Part shown: positions 60,533-64,000 of the stretch, piece by piece
Layout of the letters: the number at the start of each line of letters is the position of its first letter
Position numbering within the stretch: position 1 is the first letter of the stretch
NCBI GenBank assembly: GCA_024704765.1
Contig: JAKMXF010000222.1
Coordinates: 372,001 to 436,000 of the forward strand
Length of the DNA: 64,000 nt
Direction: 5' to 3'
From: Oopsacas minuta
Taxonomy: Eukaryota > Animalia > Porifera
Notes under the pieces: generated by a model
Told to the model about the DNA's origin: nothing
Databases searched by the model: none
Seen by the model: only the letters and a program-made list of their open reading frames with translations
Made by a program: the position numbers and the translations under genes

Positions 60533-63500
60533 ATGGTATTTATTAATATATTTTATGTCTTTTTTGTTTTACTATTAAAAGAGAGTCAATCTAATAATCC
60601 AGGTTTGTTGTTTCATCCTTACACAATGCGAATTCAACATAGTTGAATAGAGACAATCGCAATCGTCTAGCAATTTTTAAAATACAGTGCAACCGCGATT
60701 ATCCGAACTCATTGGGGACAGGTCAAAAGCGTTCGGATAATCGATGTTGCACAATATACGGAAACTGAATAATAATCTACGTCTAAGTGTTTGGAAATAT
60801 TAGAATAAATAATATTATTAAATTATAAATATACATTGAATGACGTACTCCTACAAAAGCATAAATCATCCATGGTAAGTTTTTGCACAGTATGTTTTTG
60901 TATTCTATTTGCACTTGTAGTTTGTATACGTATATAATTAACATCAGTATTACTTGGATAAATACTACAGAATACTCCGATTTGAGGGTACTGCTTCGTA
61001 ACAAAATTACAACTATTTATATGGTCGTTTTTGTTACGAAACAGTACTGTACTTCATGCTTCGAATTCTAGATAACGAATTAGTACGAGAAAGTGTCAAT
61101 TTAACTATACAACTTAACAAATACATACTTATTAGGTGATGGTACTCTTCGTCTATATGATGGGGAAACAGAAAACAAGGGTATACTTGAGATATTTCAT
61201 AATAATCGCTGGGGTTATATATGTGATTTCAATTGGTATGTAGCAGCTGGCCGTGTTGCTTGCAGACAGATGGGGTTTCCTGGTTATACCTCTTATTCAA
61301 AGTCTAGAAGGGTTAGAAATACTTTTTGGCTTGCTTCTGTCAGATGCAGCGGACATGAATCATCTATAATCAATTGTCCTAAAGGTGGATGGAGTTCTTA
61401 TTCTGGTTATTGTGGAATCTATGATGGCATCTATCTTCAATGCCTTCCAAAAGGTTAATACATGATTTATTAATATTGTAATAGGGAACGTTACTTCTTC
61501 CTGCAGTCCTGATTCCCGATTACAGTCAACATCCGGTAACTCGAATAAATATTCACTTCCCTTCGTTGTACTATTAGTACTTATCGCAATATAATCGCAG
61601 CGGTTAACTCGAATATTCGAATTTTCGAACAGATTTACAGGGTTCTAGTTACCGGATTTTAACTGTATAATATATTGATAGTGACAATATAATTTTTTAA
61701 TAATTTTGATATGAATGTTTTTTATTGCATTTTTGAAAGATCACAAAAAATTGGATAAACAGTAAATACTTTAGATCTTAATCATTTGAAAAAGTGTCGT
61801 AGGGGAAATGGGGCCTTAAACGGAGGCCATCTGTTATCTCGAACTCCAATCTCGCTCATTTTCATTCTTTCATATTTAATTAGATTTGTATTTTAAGTAA
61901 TCAGGATTGAATTTAACCGTTGTACATTCGGGAAATTTTAAAATTGGCGTCAAACCATTTGAATAAATTGTCAATTTTACAAAGGTTCCCAGCAGCCACT
62001 TTTTATAGAAAAATACTGAATTTTATGCAGAAATGGCTCTGTTGGCTCCTTCAAAAATGGAGCGTCGCTCCACCTTCCGCTCATGAATCATGAATAGAGG
62101 GTGTACTCGGAGCGCGCTCATTTCATGCTCTGCTAAATTGTAAATATCATTCCAAATGTTTTTCATCAGAAATACGTTTGTGTTTTATATGATTTTTGTT
62201 TGACTTTTAGTATATTTTGGAAGAATGATTGGTTCATCTGTATATCCATTGGATAACTTTGCAACTTTACAGCACAGTACTACTCTTCATTGCTCAACTC
62301 AATATGCTAACTCTGCAGTAAAGATAGGCTGGAGCTTTACGCCGATTGGCCAGGATATAGAAGAATCGTTAACCGATTCAGCAAGATGGGATTCATCATC
62401 TAGTAACAGTAAATTATATGTCAGTACTTCAAAACTAGGCTTCTATTCTTGTTACACTATCCAAGGAGGAGTATCTAAGAAGTATACAGTTAACCTTAGC
62501 CAACCACCTCTAGATAAAGGTATTGTATCTAAACTTTTATTTAAGTACTACTCAGTAAAGTGCAAGTGGTTATTTATTTAACTTGCCTTGGCCTGTACAA
62601 CACAATGGGCAGGCCTGGGAACTTCATAATTTTGACAAGACACTTTATTTTGCTTCTGCCTGGCCCTTGCATAATATATACTAATACTTCGATTTTTGTA
62701 TTTTGTGATCAAATCGATCTCTGCCTTCTGGCCTCGAATATGAATGAAAACGTTTTATACTCGAAAAGTTGTCCACACTTTGTTATTCTAGTTTGTAAAA
62801 AGGAATAGTTTGTGAGTTTGCAACAAAATTTTATTACTAGAAGTACTATCAATAATATATAATTCATGTTTTGTAGTAATAACTAAGATAAAATTAAAGA
62901 CCTGGGCTGCTTGGCACAAGCAAAATTTATCCTTCTGGCCATAATTCGTCCTACAATATGGAATATTGGACAATCCATGGCCAAGTTAGTCCAAGAAATT
63001 GTTGAGCGAATCTTCCACCTGGCCCAGTATTAAACTCTAACTGTTCATTGCTAGATGTGTACTAATTTAGTGCTCTAGGATATTATTATGGAAATACACA
63101 ATTGTTTAATTAGTGTATAATGAAGAATATTGAAAAAATTATTTACAAATATGATAGTTTAATAACTAATAATACTTTACTAGGTTTCCTATTTCATCTG
63201 AAAGCTCATCAGCATGCCCCCCTTTATACTTGTAATCTTTCAATCTGCCCCTTCCAAACAATCCTAGAAAAACCCTGCAAATGATCCATTATATTTCTTT
63301 GATTGATTTCATATATATTTCAATGTATTTCTCTTTCTTGCTCCCCTTCTCATACTCATTCATCTATTTCCTTAATTTTCGTCATGCTTTCCCACCCCGT
63401 GAGCACGCTGGCACGCTACTGCTAATGTATGATATTTTCAACAATATTACAATGTTTATCAACATTACATTCATACTTATATGGAAAAGCCCAGTTAAAG

Positions 63501-64000
63501 TTAAATAATTTCTACTTTTTACTGTGCCGACTATAATATAGTTAGTGGCACAGTTCTAAAATTGTTGACTTTCTTAGTCGGTAGATATATAATGGTAAGT
63601 ATATATGTGTTTGCTCAGTTTATTGTTTAACTAATCCCACTAATCAGCTGTTTGGACAATTTTTCACTGGGTATGCATTGAAATGTGAATGGCGTGTATT
63701 ACATATTCCTAAATAAATAAAGGTTTCTTCATTTTAGGAATGTTTAAACCCATATTCTAGGTTGTCAAGGTGGTTATTGCTTTGGAGTATTCAAACCAGA
63801 CAGAGCTATCAATTGGGCAACTGCTCAATCTAATTGTATATCGTGGGGAGGAGATCTAGCTTCCATTCGGTCGATGGGAGAAGAGAAATATATTCTGAGT
63901 TTAGGAAACTCTAGTTATGGATCTTGTTGGATAGGACATCATGACAGATACAATGAAGCAGGTGAGAATGCTACTCTATTCGTGTCTGTAGGAGGGAGTA
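60533..64000 (+). CDS. Mosaic extracellular protein, 5' part: signal exon 60533-60602, SRCR exon 61136-61453, Ig-like exon 62211-62519, C-lectin exon from 63761 (runs off window)
   Basis: MVFINIFYVFFVLLLKESQS; SRCR LRLYDG..KGILEIFH..WGYICD..VACRQMGF..VRCSGHESSIINC; Ig LHC..IGW..GFYSC. All junctions are phase 1 with AG/GT sites. Confidence 0.78.
60685..60752. mobile_element. Very short Tc1/pogo-type MITE remnant
   Basis: TACAGTGCAACCGCGATTATCCGAAC ... GTTCGGATAATCGATGTTGCAC inverted arms; right TA not intact. Confidence 0.5.
61523..61665. mobile_element. Tc1/pogo-type MITE (intronic)
   Basis: TA|CAGTCAACATCCGGTAACT ... AGTTACCGGATTTTAACTG|TA. Confidence 0.75.

Overview
AT-rich, gene-dense, intron-poor animal DNA. 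The gene content (coiled-coil/NHL expansions, mosaic SRCR/Ig/C-lectin receptors, intronless housekeeping genes) suggests a sponge, possibly a hexactinellid; this is inference and was not searched. The core (4.6-42.7 kb) holds mostly single-exon, mostly minus-strand genes: MORN5, an eIF2-alpha kinase, an aldo-keto reductase, an ankyrin TRP channel, mitochondrial HSP70, a Zn-dependent threonine dehydrogenase-like enzyme, WS/DGAT, NSRP1, spartin, VPS26, TOP3B, EMC7 and senataxin. An apparently intact Merlin (IS1595-like) transposon with a nested MITE, a tRNA-Lys(CTT) and many hAT and Tc1/pogo-type MITEs are also present. Three observations stand out. (1) A ~2.6-kb inverted duplication (641-3243 / 48321-50924) gives two divergently transcribed receptors almost the same 7-Ig ectodomain but unrelated cytoplasmic tails: a Tyr/Pro-rich tail versus a Tyr-rich segment plus a pseudo-PTP domain. 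Homology starts at the ATG and ends inside the TM helix, which resembles a paired-receptor or invertible arrangement. (2) A ~99%-identical inverted C-lectin exon is shared by a second divergent receptor pair. (3) YAG acceptor-like sites lie 1-18 nt upstream of the ATG in 12 minus-strand genes, many closely spaced, compatible with SL trans-splicing or operon-like expression. All alignments and counts are manual.
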